A model generated the notes under the pieces. The model saw only the letters and a program-made list of their open reading frames with translations, searched no databases and was not told where the DNA came from. From Acidobacteriota bacterium (GTDB lineage: Bacteria > Acidobacteriota > UBA6911 > RPQK01 > JAJDTT01), in NCBI GenBank assembly GCA_965217775.1, contig CBDCJH010000002.1, positions 192,001 to 256,000 on the forward strand: a stretch of DNA of 64,000 bases, read 5' to 3'. Both the position numbers and the translations under genes were made by a program. This document shows positions 40,637-49,351 of this stretch, one piece after another (position 1 is the stretch's first letter; each line of letters begins with the position of its first letter).

Positions 40637-43600
40637 GTGCTGATTCAGTTTTACCGGGCACCGGCGCTCTCCGAAGCGAACGAACGGGGGCTGATCCGGC
40701 AGGTCCGCGCGGCGCTCGGCTTGGAGATCGGGGAGATCGAAACCGAGTACTGCTTCTACGTGGAAGCCGCCGGCCGGCTGCGCCGCGCGGGAAAGAAGAC
40801 CTTGTCCTGGCTCCTGGGCGAGACCTTCGAGCCGGAACGATTCGGTGAGCGGTCCTTTCTCTCTGGCGAGGGAACCTGTCTCGAAGTGGGACCCCGGTTG
40901 AGCTTCAAGACGGCTTGGTGCACCAATGCCGTTGCCGTCTGCCATTCCTGCGGTTTGGAGGAGATCACTCGGATCGAACGATCCCGGCGGTACCTTCTTC
41001 GGGGAACGGGCCGGCTCTCGGATCATCAGCGGAGCCGGTTCCTGGAGTTGGTCCACGACCGGATGACCGAGTTCCCCTATTCCGCACCCCTCACGTCATT
41101 CGACGGCGCGGTCCGCCCCGAGGCCAGCTTCCAGGTCCCCGTTCTCCAGGAGGGTAGAGGCGCGCTGGAGCGGCTGAACCGGAAGGCCGGTCTCGCCTTC
41201 GACGACTGGGACCTGGATTACTACACTGACCTGTTCGCTGGCCGGCTGGGCCGCAACCCCACCAACGTGGAGTGCTTCGACATCGCCCAGTCCAACAGCG
41301 AGCACTCGCGTCACTGGTTCTTCAAGGGCCGGATGGTGATCGACGGACAAGAACAGGCGTCGTCGCTGCTGGAACTGATCCAGGAGCCGATGCGGGCCAA
41401 TCCCCGCAACAGCGTCATCGCGTTTCGGGACAACTCCAGCGCGATTCGCGGATACCGGATCGAGACCCTGCTCCCCTCGGAGCCGGGGCGTCCGGGGCCG
41501 ATGGCGGCCTCTCAGGTGGACCACGACATCATTTTCACCGCCGAAACCCACAATTTCCCGTCGGGGGTGGCTCCGTTTCCGGGAGCGGAGACGGGGACCG
41601 GCGGGCGTATCCGGGACGTCCACGCCACCGGGAAAGGATCCCTGGTGGTGGCCGGGACGGCCGCCTACTGCGTGGGCAACCTGCGTATTCCCGGGTACGA
41701 GCTGCCCTGGGAGGACAGCGATTTCAGGTATCCGGAGAACCTGGCCTCTCCCCTCCGGATCGAGATCGAGGCCAGCGACGGCGCCTCCGACTACGGCAAC
41801 AAGTTCGGAGAACCGCTGATCCAGGGCTTTACCCGCTCGTTCGGATTGCGGTTGCCGGACGGCGAGCGGCGCGAGTGGATCAAGCCCATCATGTTCACCG
41901 GGGGCATCGGCCAGATCGACGCGCGCCACCTGCGCAAGGAAGTGCCCGAAGCAGGGATGTGGGTGGTCAAGATCGGAGGTCCCGCCTATCGCATCGGTCT
42001 GGGCGGGGGGGCCGCCTCCAGCATGGTGCAGGGAGAGAACGTGGCCGAGCTGGACTTCAATGCCGTTCAGCGGGGCGATGCCGAGATGGAGCAGAAGGTC
42101 AACCGGGTGATCCGCGCCTGCGTGGAAATGGGGAAAGGGAACCCCATCGTCAGTATCCACGACCAGGGCGCCGGCGGGAACTGCAACGTGCTCAAGGAGA
42201 TCGCCGAGCCGGCCGGGGCCAGGATCGAACTTCGAGAGATCCCCGTCGGCGACGAGACCCTGTCGGTTCTGGAGATCTGGGTGGCCGAGTACCAGGAGCA
42301 GGACGCACTTTTGCTGGGACCGGGCGACTCCCGGCTCTTCCTCGATCTCTGCCGGCGGGAGAAGGTGCCGGTCGCCTTCGTCGGAAGGGTCACGGGAGAC
42401 GGCCGCATCGTCCTTTTCGACGAGCGGGACGGTTCGACGCCGGTGGACCTGGAGTTGGACCAGGTTTTGGGATCCATGCCGCAAAAGGTCTTCCAACTCG
42501 AGCGGGTGCCGCCGCAACTGAGGCCGCTCCGGCTTCCTGCCTCGGCGTCGGTCCGGGAAGCGCTGGAGCGGATTTTTCGACTGGTTTCGGTAGGGTCCAA
42601 GCGATTCCTGACCAACAAGGTGGACCGCAGCGTGACCGGTCTGGTCGCCCAGCAACAGTGTGTCGGTCCTCTCCAACTGACTCTTTCGGATGTTTCGGTC
42701 ATCGCCCAGAGCCACTTCGGGTCCACCGGCGCCGCCACGGCCATCGGAGAGCGGCCCCTTCTGGGGTTGCTGGATCCGGGAGCCATGGCCCGGATGTCCC
42801 TGGCCGAGGCCCTGACCAACCTGGTCTGGGCTCCGGTGAGTCATCTCCAGGACCTGAAATGCTCGGGCAATTGGATGTGGCCGGCCAAGCTCCCGGGGGA
42901 GGGAGCCCTCGTCTACGCCGCCGCGGTGGCGCTGCGGGACACCCTGCTGGAACTGGGAATCGCCGTGGACGGAGGCAAGGACAGCCTTTCCATGGCGGCC
43001 TTGGCGCCTCTGGGTGACTCGGGCCGGGAGGAGACGGTGAAGGCGCCCGGGGCACTGGTCCTATCGGCCTACGTCACCTGTCCCGACATCACGCGAACGG
43101 TCACACCTGACCTCAAGCTGCCGGGGCGGGGCCGTCTCCTGTTCCTGGACCTGTCCTCGGGGCGGAGTCGTCTCGGGGGATCGGCCCTGGCTCAAGTGTA
43201 CGGACAATTGGGTGACGAGCCGCCAGATCTGGAGGATGCCGGGCTGCTGGGCCGGGCCTTCGAGGCGGTCCAGACCCTGATTGGAGAGCGGCTCCTGGCC
43301 AGCGGCCACGACCGGAGCGAAGGAGGACTGCTCACGACGATTCTGGAGATGGCCTTTGCGGGAGACTGCGGCGTCGAGGTGGATCTGGAGAATGCCGAGG
43401 GGGAGGAAGTTCTTCCCCTTCTGTTCTCCGAGGAGTTGGGACTGGTCCTGGAGGTGAGTCCCGAGGGGGAGGCCCGGGTCCGCCGAATCCTGAAGGATGC
43501 GGACGTCCCCTGCCGGCTGATCGGCCGCACGTTGCGGGAACCCCGGGTCGAGATTCGGGTGGACGGAACCGGCGTCCTGGAAGGGGACGTCCGGGAACTG

Positions 43601-44557
43601 AGGGATCTCTGGGAGGAGACCAGCTACCGGATCGAGCTGCTGCAGACCAATCCGGAATGCGCCCGTCAGGAGCGCCGTTCTCTGAAACGGCGGCGGGCGC
43701 CGGCCTACGCCCTCTCCTTCACTCCCCGGTCCACGGCGCCGGACCGCCTCGCGGGCGAGGTGCGGCCCAGGGTGGCCATCTTGCGGGAAGAGGGAAGCAA
43801 CGGGGACCGGGAGATGGCGTCCGCCTTTCATCTGGCTGGTTTCGAAGCCTGGGACGTGACCATGTCCGACCTGCTCTCCGGCTCCGTCCAGCTCTCCTCA
43901 TTCCGTGGAGTCGCCTTCGTCGGCGGCTTCAGCTACGCGGACGTCCTCGACTCGGCCAAGGGATGGGCCGGGGTGATCCGGTTCAATCCGGGGCTCTGGG
44001 AACAGTTCGAGCGCTTCTACCATCGGCCCGACAGTTTCAGTCTGGGTGTGTGCAACGGTTGTCAGCTCATGGCCCTCCTGGGCTGGATCCCTTGGAGGGA
44101 GATCGGGACCGCGGACCAGCCCCGATTCGTACGCAACCGCTCGGGACGGTTCGAGTCCCGTTTCTCTACGGTTCGCATCCAGGAAAGTCCCGCGCTGATG
44201 TTGAAGGGGATGGCCGGTTCCGTCCTGGGCATCTGGGTGAGCCACGGAGAGGGGCGAGCGTTCTTTCCCCGGCAGTCCACGCTGGCTCGGATCCGGGAAC
44301 AGCGCCTGGCTCCCATCCGCTTTGTGGACGACGCCGGCAAGATCACCCAGGACTATCCTCTCAACCCCAACGGGTCGGCGGACGGAATCGCCGCACTCTG
44401 CTCCCTCGACGGCCGCCATCTCGCCATCATGCCCCATCCGGAGCGAACCTCCCTGAAGTGGCAGTGGGGCTGGATGCCCCCGGATTGGAAGGATCGCCTG
44501 GAAGTTTCCCCATGGCTCCGACTCTTCCAGAACGCCCGGGAATGGTGCGACCGCTGA
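40637..44557 (+). CDS. purL: Phosphoribosylformylglycinamidine synthase, large single-chain form
   Basis: SNSEHSRH, AETHNFP, HDQGAGG, GGKDSLSM, glutaminase GVCNGCQ and MPHPER; 1306 aa. Confidence 0.97.
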   Translation: MLIQFYRAPALSEANERGLIRQVRAALGLEIGEIETEYCFYVEAAGRLRRAGKKTLSWLLGETFEPERFGERSFLSGEGTCLEVGPRLSFKTAWCTNAVAVCHSCGLEEITRIERSRRYLLRGTGRLSDHQRSRFLELVHDRMTEFPYSAPLTSFDGAVRPEASFQVPVLQEGRGALERLNRKAGLAFDDWDLDYYTDLFAGRLGRNPTNVECFDIAQSNSEHSRHWFFKGRMVIDGQEQASSLLELIQEPMRANPRNSVIAFRDNSSAIRGYRIETLLPSEPGRPGPMAASQVDHDIIFTAETHNFPSGVAPFPGAETGTGGRIRDVHATGKGSLVVAGTAAYCVGNLRIPGYELPWEDSDFRYPENLASPLRIEIEASDGASDYGNKFGEPLIQGFTRSFGLRLPDGERREWIKPIMFTGGIGQIDARHLRKEVPEAGMWVVKIGGPAYRIGLGGGAASSMVQGENVAELDFNAVQRGDAEMEQKVNRVIRACVEMGKGNPIVSIHDQGAGGNCNVLKEIAEPAGARIELREIPVGDETLSVLEIWVAEYQEQDALLLGPGDSRLFLDLCRREKVPVAFVGRVTGDGRIVLFDERDGSTPVDLELDQVLGSMPQKVFQLERVPPQLRPLRLPASASVREALERIFRLVSVGSKRFLTNKVDRSVTGLVAQQQCVGPLQLTLSDVSVIAQSHFGSTGAATAIGERPLLGLLDPGAMARMSLAEALTNLVWAPVSHLQDLKCSGNWMWPAKLPGEGALVYAAAVALRDTLLELGIAVDGGKDSLSMAALAPLGDSGREETVKAPGALVLSAYVTCPDITRTVTPDLKLPGRGRLLFLDLSSGRSRLGGSALAQVYGQLGDEPPDLEDAGLLGRAFEAVQTLIGERLLASGHDRSEGGLLTTILEMAFAGDCGVEVDLENAEGEEVLPLLFSEELGLVLEVSPEGEARVRRILKDADVPCRLIGRTLREPRVEIRVDGTGVLEGDVRELRDLWEETSYRIELLQTNPECARQERRSLKRRRAPAYALSFTPRSTAPDRLAGEVRPRVAILREEGSNGDREMASAFHLAGFEAWDVTMSDLLSGSVQLSSFRGVAFVGGFSYADVLDSAKGWAGVIRFNPGLWEQFERFYHRPDSFSLGVCNGCQLMALLGWIPWREIGTADQPRFVRNRSGRFESRFSTVRIQESPALMLKGMAGSVLGIWVSHGEGRAFFPRQSTLARIREQRLAPIRFVDDAGKITQDYPLNPNGSADGIAALCSLDGRHLAIMPHPERTSLKWQWGWMPPDWKDRLEVSPWLRLFQNAREWCDR

Positions 44558-44615
44558 GTCGCCGGGCGGGGCTTCGTGCCTGGTCGCGTCCAGCGCCCCG
44601 CCCCCATCTGACGGT

Positions 44616-45317
44616 ATGCAGATGATGACGCCTGTCGCACGCACCGTTCTGGTGCTTGTCATCCTGGCGACTTCAGTCCCTCTGGCTTGCTCCCGGACTG
44701 ACGACGAGTTACCCGGCGGCTTCGTCCGACTCGGAGAAGCGATTCCCGGAATCGTGCTCGACGTCCGTTACTTCGGCGCAGACAATTTCGTTGGCGCTCC
44801 GGTGGAGGGCTACGAGGCGCCGCAGGCGATCTTGTCGAGACCGGCGGCTACCGCACTGCGGCGAGTCCAGGCGTCGCTGCGGGAACGCGGGTTCGGACTG
44901 AAGGTTTTTGATGCCTACCGGCCGCAGACCGCCGTCGATCACTTCGTCCGCTGGGCTGCCGATCATGCGGACAACCGTACGAAAGCGGAGTACTATCCGG
45001 ACGTGCCGAAGTCCGAACTCTTCGTGGGTAACTACATCGCGAAGAAGTCCGGCCACTCGCGGGGCAGCACGGTGGATCTGACCATCGTCCGTTTGGAGAC
45101 CGGCGCCGAGTTGGACATGGGAACGCCGTTCGACTACTTCGGTCCGGAATCGGCGGGGGACTATCCGCACCTGACCGAATTGCAACGCGCCAACCGCCGC
45201 CTGCTGGCCGGCGTGATGCAAGCCCACGGATTCGTACCTTACGCAGCAGAGTGGTGGCACTACACTCTAGGGAATGAGCCGTATCCCGAGACGTATTTCA
45301 GCTTTCCAGTACGGTGA
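44616..45317 (+). CDS. D-alanyl-D-alanine dipeptidase (VanX/DdpX, M15D), lipoprotein-like
   Basis: FDAYRP, SGHSRGSTVDLT, DMGTPFD, EWWHY. Confidence 0.92.
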   Translation: MQMMTPVARTVLVLVILATSVPLACSRTDDELPGGFVRLGEAIPGIVLDVRYFGADNFVGAPVEGYEAPQAILSRPAATALRRVQASLRERGFGLKVFDAYRPQTAVDHFVRWAADHADNRTKAEYYPDVPKSELFVGNYIAKKSGHSRGSTVDLTIVRLETGAELDMGTPFDYFGPESAGDYPHLTELQRANRRLLAGVMQAHGFVPYAAEWWHYTLGNEPYPETYFSFPVR

Positions 45318-45344
45318 GCGCCCTGTAGTGGCCGGTGAGGTGTC

Positions 45345-46070
45345 GTGCGCTGGGTCGTAGGCGATATTCAAGGTTGTGCCCGGGAATTCGAGAAACTCCT
45401 CTCGGTCATCCGGTTCGATTCGAACCGGGACCAGTTGTGGTGCCTTGGTGACCTGATCAACCGGGGACCCGACTCGCTGACGACTCTGAGACTCTGGTTG
45501 GACATTGGCGGGCGCTCGCTTCTGGGAAACCACGAGATTCACGCCCTTCTCGCCTTCTCGGGAATCCGGCCCGAGCCGCCCAGATCCCTCCGGACACTCC
45601 TTGCCGCACCTGACGTCGACGAACTCATGGCCCGGCTGAGAGCCTGTCCGGTGCTGGTGCATCTGCCGTCCCTGGGAGACGGCCCCGCGGCCTGGATCGT
45701 TCACGCCGGCTTGAAGCCCACTTGGAACGACCTGCCGACTCTGGCCCGGAGGCTGAACGCGGGACCTCACGATGACGCCTGGCTCCAGAGCGACGGTGTC
45801 CGATTCGCGACATCGGTCCGCTGCTGTACTGCGGAGGGTCTTCCCCTGAAGTTCAGCGGCCCCCCCGCCGGCTGCGTGCCGCCTTACCAGCCGTGGGACA
45901 GCTTCTACCGGGGAGAGGACCTGGTGGTCCACGGGCACTGGGCGGCGCGGGGGTTCTACCGCAACCGCCTCACCATGGGGCTCGATTCGGGATGCGTGTA
46001 CGGGGGCGAGTTGACGGCCTGGTGCCAGGAAGAGGACCGGCTCGTCAGGATTCCGGCCATCACCGGTTAA
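45345..46070 (+). CDS. ApaH-like symmetrical Ap4A hydrolase / metallophosphoesterase
   Basis: GDIQGC, GDLINRGP, LGNHE, VHAG, GHWAA, LDSGCVYGG. Confidence 0.88.
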   Translation: MRWVVGDIQGCAREFEKLLSVIRFDSNRDQLWCLGDLINRGPDSLTTLRLWLDIGGRSLLGNHEIHALLAFSGIRPEPPRSLRTLLAAPDVDELMARLRACPVLVHLPSLGDGPAAWIVHAGLKPTWNDLPTLARRLNAGPHDDAWLQSDGVRFATSVRCCTAEGLPLKFSGPPAGCVPPYQPWDSFYRGEDLVVHGHWAARGFYRNRLTMGLDSGCVYGGELTAWCQEEDRLVRIPAITG

Positions 46071-46099
46071 CAGTCTGTGACGACTTTTGCCACGGGCTG
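46071..46099 (-). repeat. 29-bp collapsed mini-copy of MITE family 1
   Basis: TTAA-CAGTCTGTGACGACTTTTGCCACGGGCTG-TTAA: both termini fused. Confidence 0.8.
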
Positions 46100-46103
46100 T
46101 TAA

Positions 46104-46261
46104 CAGTCCGTGGTGAAAGTCTCACGAGCACCGAGACCGGTCCTGCGCCCGCCGGACAAGGCGCGATGAGGGAGCATACCGGGAGTATGTGACCGAGTCG
46201 CAACGCAGTCCGCCGGGATGCAGGGACGGTCGAATGCCGTGACGACTTTTGCCACGGGCTG
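46104..46261 (-). mobile_element. MITE family 1, copy 4
   Basis: 158 bp, exact TTAA/TTAA duplication, between convergent genes. Confidence 0.92.
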
Positions 46262-47566
46262 TTAACGGCCTTTGCGCAGGTGCCGATCGGCAAAGTCCAG
46301 ATACCGGTCCCAGTCGTAGTCGGTCACGTCGTGCCGGCCGCTCCGGATGTGGTAGCCGATGGTGTCCATGAGGGGCTGGTTCACGCCGGGCATGGAGTCC
46401 CCGGGGAGTCCGGGAAGTCCGAGGAGCGCATAGACGGGACTGGCGTGCCGGGCCGACAAGTACTCGCCTTTCGGGTCCGCCCATCGGTCCTCCGCCGCGC
46501 TGGCCACGTAGACCGGACGGGGGGCGATCAGGGCCACCAGCAGGTGCTGGTCCATGGGGAGTCTCTCTTCATTGCCGCCGTATTGCTTGAAGTTCCCGCA
46601 GAACCAGTGGGGAAAGACCCGGTTGATCCTCGCGACAGTCTCCCCGAAGCGGCGCCGGCTCAGGGCCGCTCCCCCGCAACCGGAATTGTTGGAGATGACC
46701 AAGGCGAAGCGCTCGTCCTCGGCGCCGGCCCAGAGGGCGGTCTTTCCCAGTCGGGAGTGGCCCAGCACCGCCACCTTTTGCGGGTCGATTCCCGGCTCGG
46801 TTTCCAGGTAGTCCAGGGCCCGGCTCAATCCCCAGGCCCAGGCGGCGATGGATCCCCACTCGTTGGCGTCGGGCCGCGTCTGTCCCGGCCGGTAGAAGAG
46901 AGGGTGGACCCCATTCCGGAACTCGTCGGCGTAGTCGGGATCGATGTCCCCGTAGTACGCCGTCACCAGGGCGTAACCGCGGCCGAGGATCTTTTCCACC
47001 GGCCAGCGGCGGGACAATGTTCCGCGGCCCTTCTCCGTGGCCCGGTTCTCCACCACCGCGCCCTCCACCTTGGAAGGGCGCATCCAGGTTTTGGGCAGAG
47101 CGATGCCCGGGTCCGGATGGATGGAATGGTTCCCGTTGAAGTTGAGACCCAGAAAGGCCGGGACCGGGTCGGAGCCGGGCGCCGGCAGGTAGATCAGGAG
47201 ATCCATCCGGGGGCGGTCGCGCTCCGGGCCGAAATAAAGCGAGACCTCTTTGCGGACGGCTGTGCCGCCGAGTGCACGAGAGTCCACGGAGGTGATTCGG
47301 GATGTTAGCTCCGGGGGCGGTCCGGGACGGCGCCCATACATCTGGGAGCGGAAGAGCTCCAGGATCTCGGGACGGCGGATCTCCCGCCAGTCCTGGGCGG
47401 TTTTGACCCGACGGCCGTCCTCGGTCGTCAGGGGATCGGGGAGGACGTAGGCGGGGATTGTCCCTTCGTCGTAGTTGGGTTCCTGTTCCTGAGCCGGCAG
47501 GAGCGGGGACGTAGCCGTCGCCAGCATCAATATGGAGGAAGCCCAGACCCCGATTCCGGCTTTCAT
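46262..47566 (-). CDS. CE15-like glucuronoyl/acetylxylan esterase, secreted
   Basis: NYDE...LPDPL, AWAWGLSRALDYL, GHSRLGK nucleophile, SGCGG, PMDQH, WADPKG. Confidence 0.88.
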   Translation of the reverse strand: MKAGIGVWASSILMLATATSPLLPAQEQEPNYDEGTIPAYVLPDPLTTEDGRRVKTAQDWREIRRPEILELFRSQMYGRRPGPPPELTSRITSVDSRALGGTAVRKEVSLYFGPERDRPRMDLLIYLPAPGSDPVPAFLGLNFNGNHSIHPDPGIALPKTWMRPSKVEGAVVENRATEKGRGTLSRRWPVEKILGRGYALVTAYYGDIDPDYADEFRNGVHPLFYRPGQTRPDANEWGSIAAWAWGLSRALDYLETEPGIDPQKVAVLGHSRLGKTALWAGAEDERFALVISNNSGCGGAALSRRRFGETVARINRVFPHWFCGNFKQYGGNEERLPMDQHLLVALIAPRPVYVASAAEDRWADPKGEYLSARHASPVYALLGLPGLPGDSMPGVNQPLMDTIGYHIRSGRHDVTDYDWDRYLDFADRHLRKGR

Positions 47567-47585
47567 GAGATCCCCGGGTGCCGTG

Positions 47586-49046
47586 TCAAAGGAATCGCCA
47601 ACCTCTCTGGGCGCCCAGACCCCGGTTCGCCTTGCGGACGTAATCCCGGTCCGGCAGCCCCACGAGACGGCCCTCCTGGACCCACTCCAGGTCCGAGCCG
47701 TAGAGGTGGTCCACCAGCAGCCGCACCAGACGTTCCTGAACTTCCAGCAGGGAAGCATGCCCGGCCAGGTTTCGTTGCTCCAAGGGGTCCTGGTCCAGAT
47801 CGAACAGTTGGAAGACGTTGCCGACCGGATAGTAGATGAGTTTGTGGCGCCGATCGCGGATCATGCGGGTGGATAGTGGACCCTCCCGGAATTCGCCGTA
47901 GAGATGGTCACGGTCCGCTTCGCCGGCCAGAGAGATCCCGTCCAGACATTCGGGAGGTTCGAGTCCGCAAAGATCCAGCAACGTCGGCATCAGGTCTCGA
48001 AGCTCCGCCAGCCGCTGGTCGCGACTACCTGGACGGAACCGGTCGTCACCCGCCGCCGGCACGATGATGAGGGGCACCCGGGCGGATTTCTCGTACATGA
48101 CCCCCTTGGCCCACATCTGGTGGTCTCCCAGCATTTCGCCGTGATCCGCCGTGAAGGCGACGATGGTGTTCTCCGACAGCCCTTCTTCACGCAGCGTTCC
48201 CAAGACCATCCGTATCTGGTGATCGATGTGGGTGACGGTGGCGTAGAAGGCCCTTCTCGCCACGTCTATCTCGCCTGGTGTGGCCATGCGCGTGCAGAAT
48301 TGGTCCATGTACGGCTTGACACTGTAGGGCAGGTCTTCGAACGACCGGGACCAGTCTCCGCGGACCATCGGGTCCAGTTCCAATTTCCGATAGAGATCCA
48401 GATACGCAGCCAGCGGCCAGACTGGTGGGTGCGGCCCCACGAAGGAGAGATACCAGAAGGCCGGCTTCCGGGGATCGCGGCGCCGGATGGTGCGGCACAT
48501 CTGCGCCGCCGCCCAGTTGGTGGGATGACAATGGTCGGGCAGGTGCCAGGAACGGGTGACATAGTCGTTGTTGCTGAGTCCGCCAGCGTACTCCTGCCCC
48601 GGATAGCCCTGATCCGCCAGGTAGAGCTCCCAGTCGTCAGCTTTGCCGTCATCCAGATGGTGCCGCCCTTCCTCATTGAGGATCACCTCGTCGAAGCCGA
48701 TCCGGTCGCGCTGGGGATAGACGTGGAGCTTGCCGACGGCGTGGGCCTGATAGCCGGCCTCCCGGAAGAGACCGGGCAGCGTCGGCACCGTTTTCGGGTC
48801 CGGCATCTCCAGATATTCGTTGAAGATCCGGTCGCCGTGGTTCCGCGCCGAAAGGCCCGTCATCAGGCTGCGCCGGGCCGGAATACAGACGGGAGAGGCC
48901 GAATAGGCGCGGTCGAAATGAACTCCGTTGCGCGCCATCTGGGCGATGGTGGGAGTCATCACCACCGGGTGCCCGGCCGGGCGGGTGAAGAGTCCGGACC
49001 AGTGGTCTGCGCAGATGAGCAGTACGTTCGGACGTTTCTCCGGCAT
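47586..49046 (-). CDS. Cys-type (formylglycine) sulfatase, copy 1 (486 aa)
   Basis: RPNVL, CIPAR..LMTG, GKLH, GPHPP, ADHG, WAKG.MYE. Confidence 0.93.
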   Translation of the reverse strand: MPEKRPNVLLICADHWSGLFTRPAGHPVVMTPTIAQMARNGVHFDRAYSASPVCIPARRSLMTGLSARNHGDRIFNEYLEMPDPKTVPTLPGLFREAGYQAHAVGKLHVYPQRDRIGFDEVILNEEGRHHLDDGKADDWELYLADQGYPGQEYAGGLSNNDYVTRSWHLPDHCHPTNWAAAQMCRTIRRRDPRKPAFWYLSFVGPHPPVWPLAAYLDLYRKLELDPMVRGDWSRSFEDLPYSVKPYMDQFCTRMATPGEIDVARRAFYATVTHIDHQIRMVLGTLREEGLSENTIVAFTADHGEMLGDHQMWAKGVMYEKSARVPLIIVPAAGDDRFRPGSRDQRLAELRDLMPTLLDLCGLEPPECLDGISLAGEADRDHLYGEFREGPLSTRMIRDRRHKLIYYPVGNVFQLFDLDQDPLEQRNLAGHASLLEVQERLVRLLVDHLYGSDLEWVQEGRLVGLPDRDYVRKANRGLGAQRGWRFL

Positions 49047-49115
49047 GGTCCGGCCCCAGTCTATAGCACGCGAAGGTGAAGGGTCCCTATTTCTCACTGA
49101 TCCGCCTTGGACCCA

Positions 49116-49144
49116 AGAGGGCGCCCACAAGGGGCGCGCCCTAC
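49116..49144 (-). repeat. GTAG-type REP
   Basis: Minus strand GTAGGGCGCGCCCCTTGTGGGCGCCCTCT: GTAG foot plus hairpin. Confidence 0.75.
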
Positions 49145-49179
49145 ACCTTATCTTCGGTTTCTTGAATCTGCGACTGAGG

Positions 49180-49285
49180 GGAGATCCCTTATCGGCGGCT
49201 CGACGTATTTCCGGCCGAGTGAAACCAGCCCGGCCCACTCCTGGCGGACGTGGAACCCCGCATGACACTGGAGGTCACCGCCGCT
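49180..49285 (+). pseudogene. Decayed fragment of msrP 5' coding region
   Basis: Translates RLDVFPAE*NQPGPLLADVEPRMT versus RPDVFPTKRNQAYSLPADIDPRMT in intact msrP. Confidence 0.75.
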
Positions 49286-49351
49286 GGCAGCCCCGCCAGG
49301 AAGGACGCCCGGATCCCGTTTCGGATCTTCACCGGCCTTCGGAATCCCACA

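Noticed and set aside
7739-45317. ddl plus vanX-like gene as glycopeptide resistance
   Set aside because: 36 kb apart, no vanH/vanRS; Ddl has the ordinary YDYAAKY omega loop
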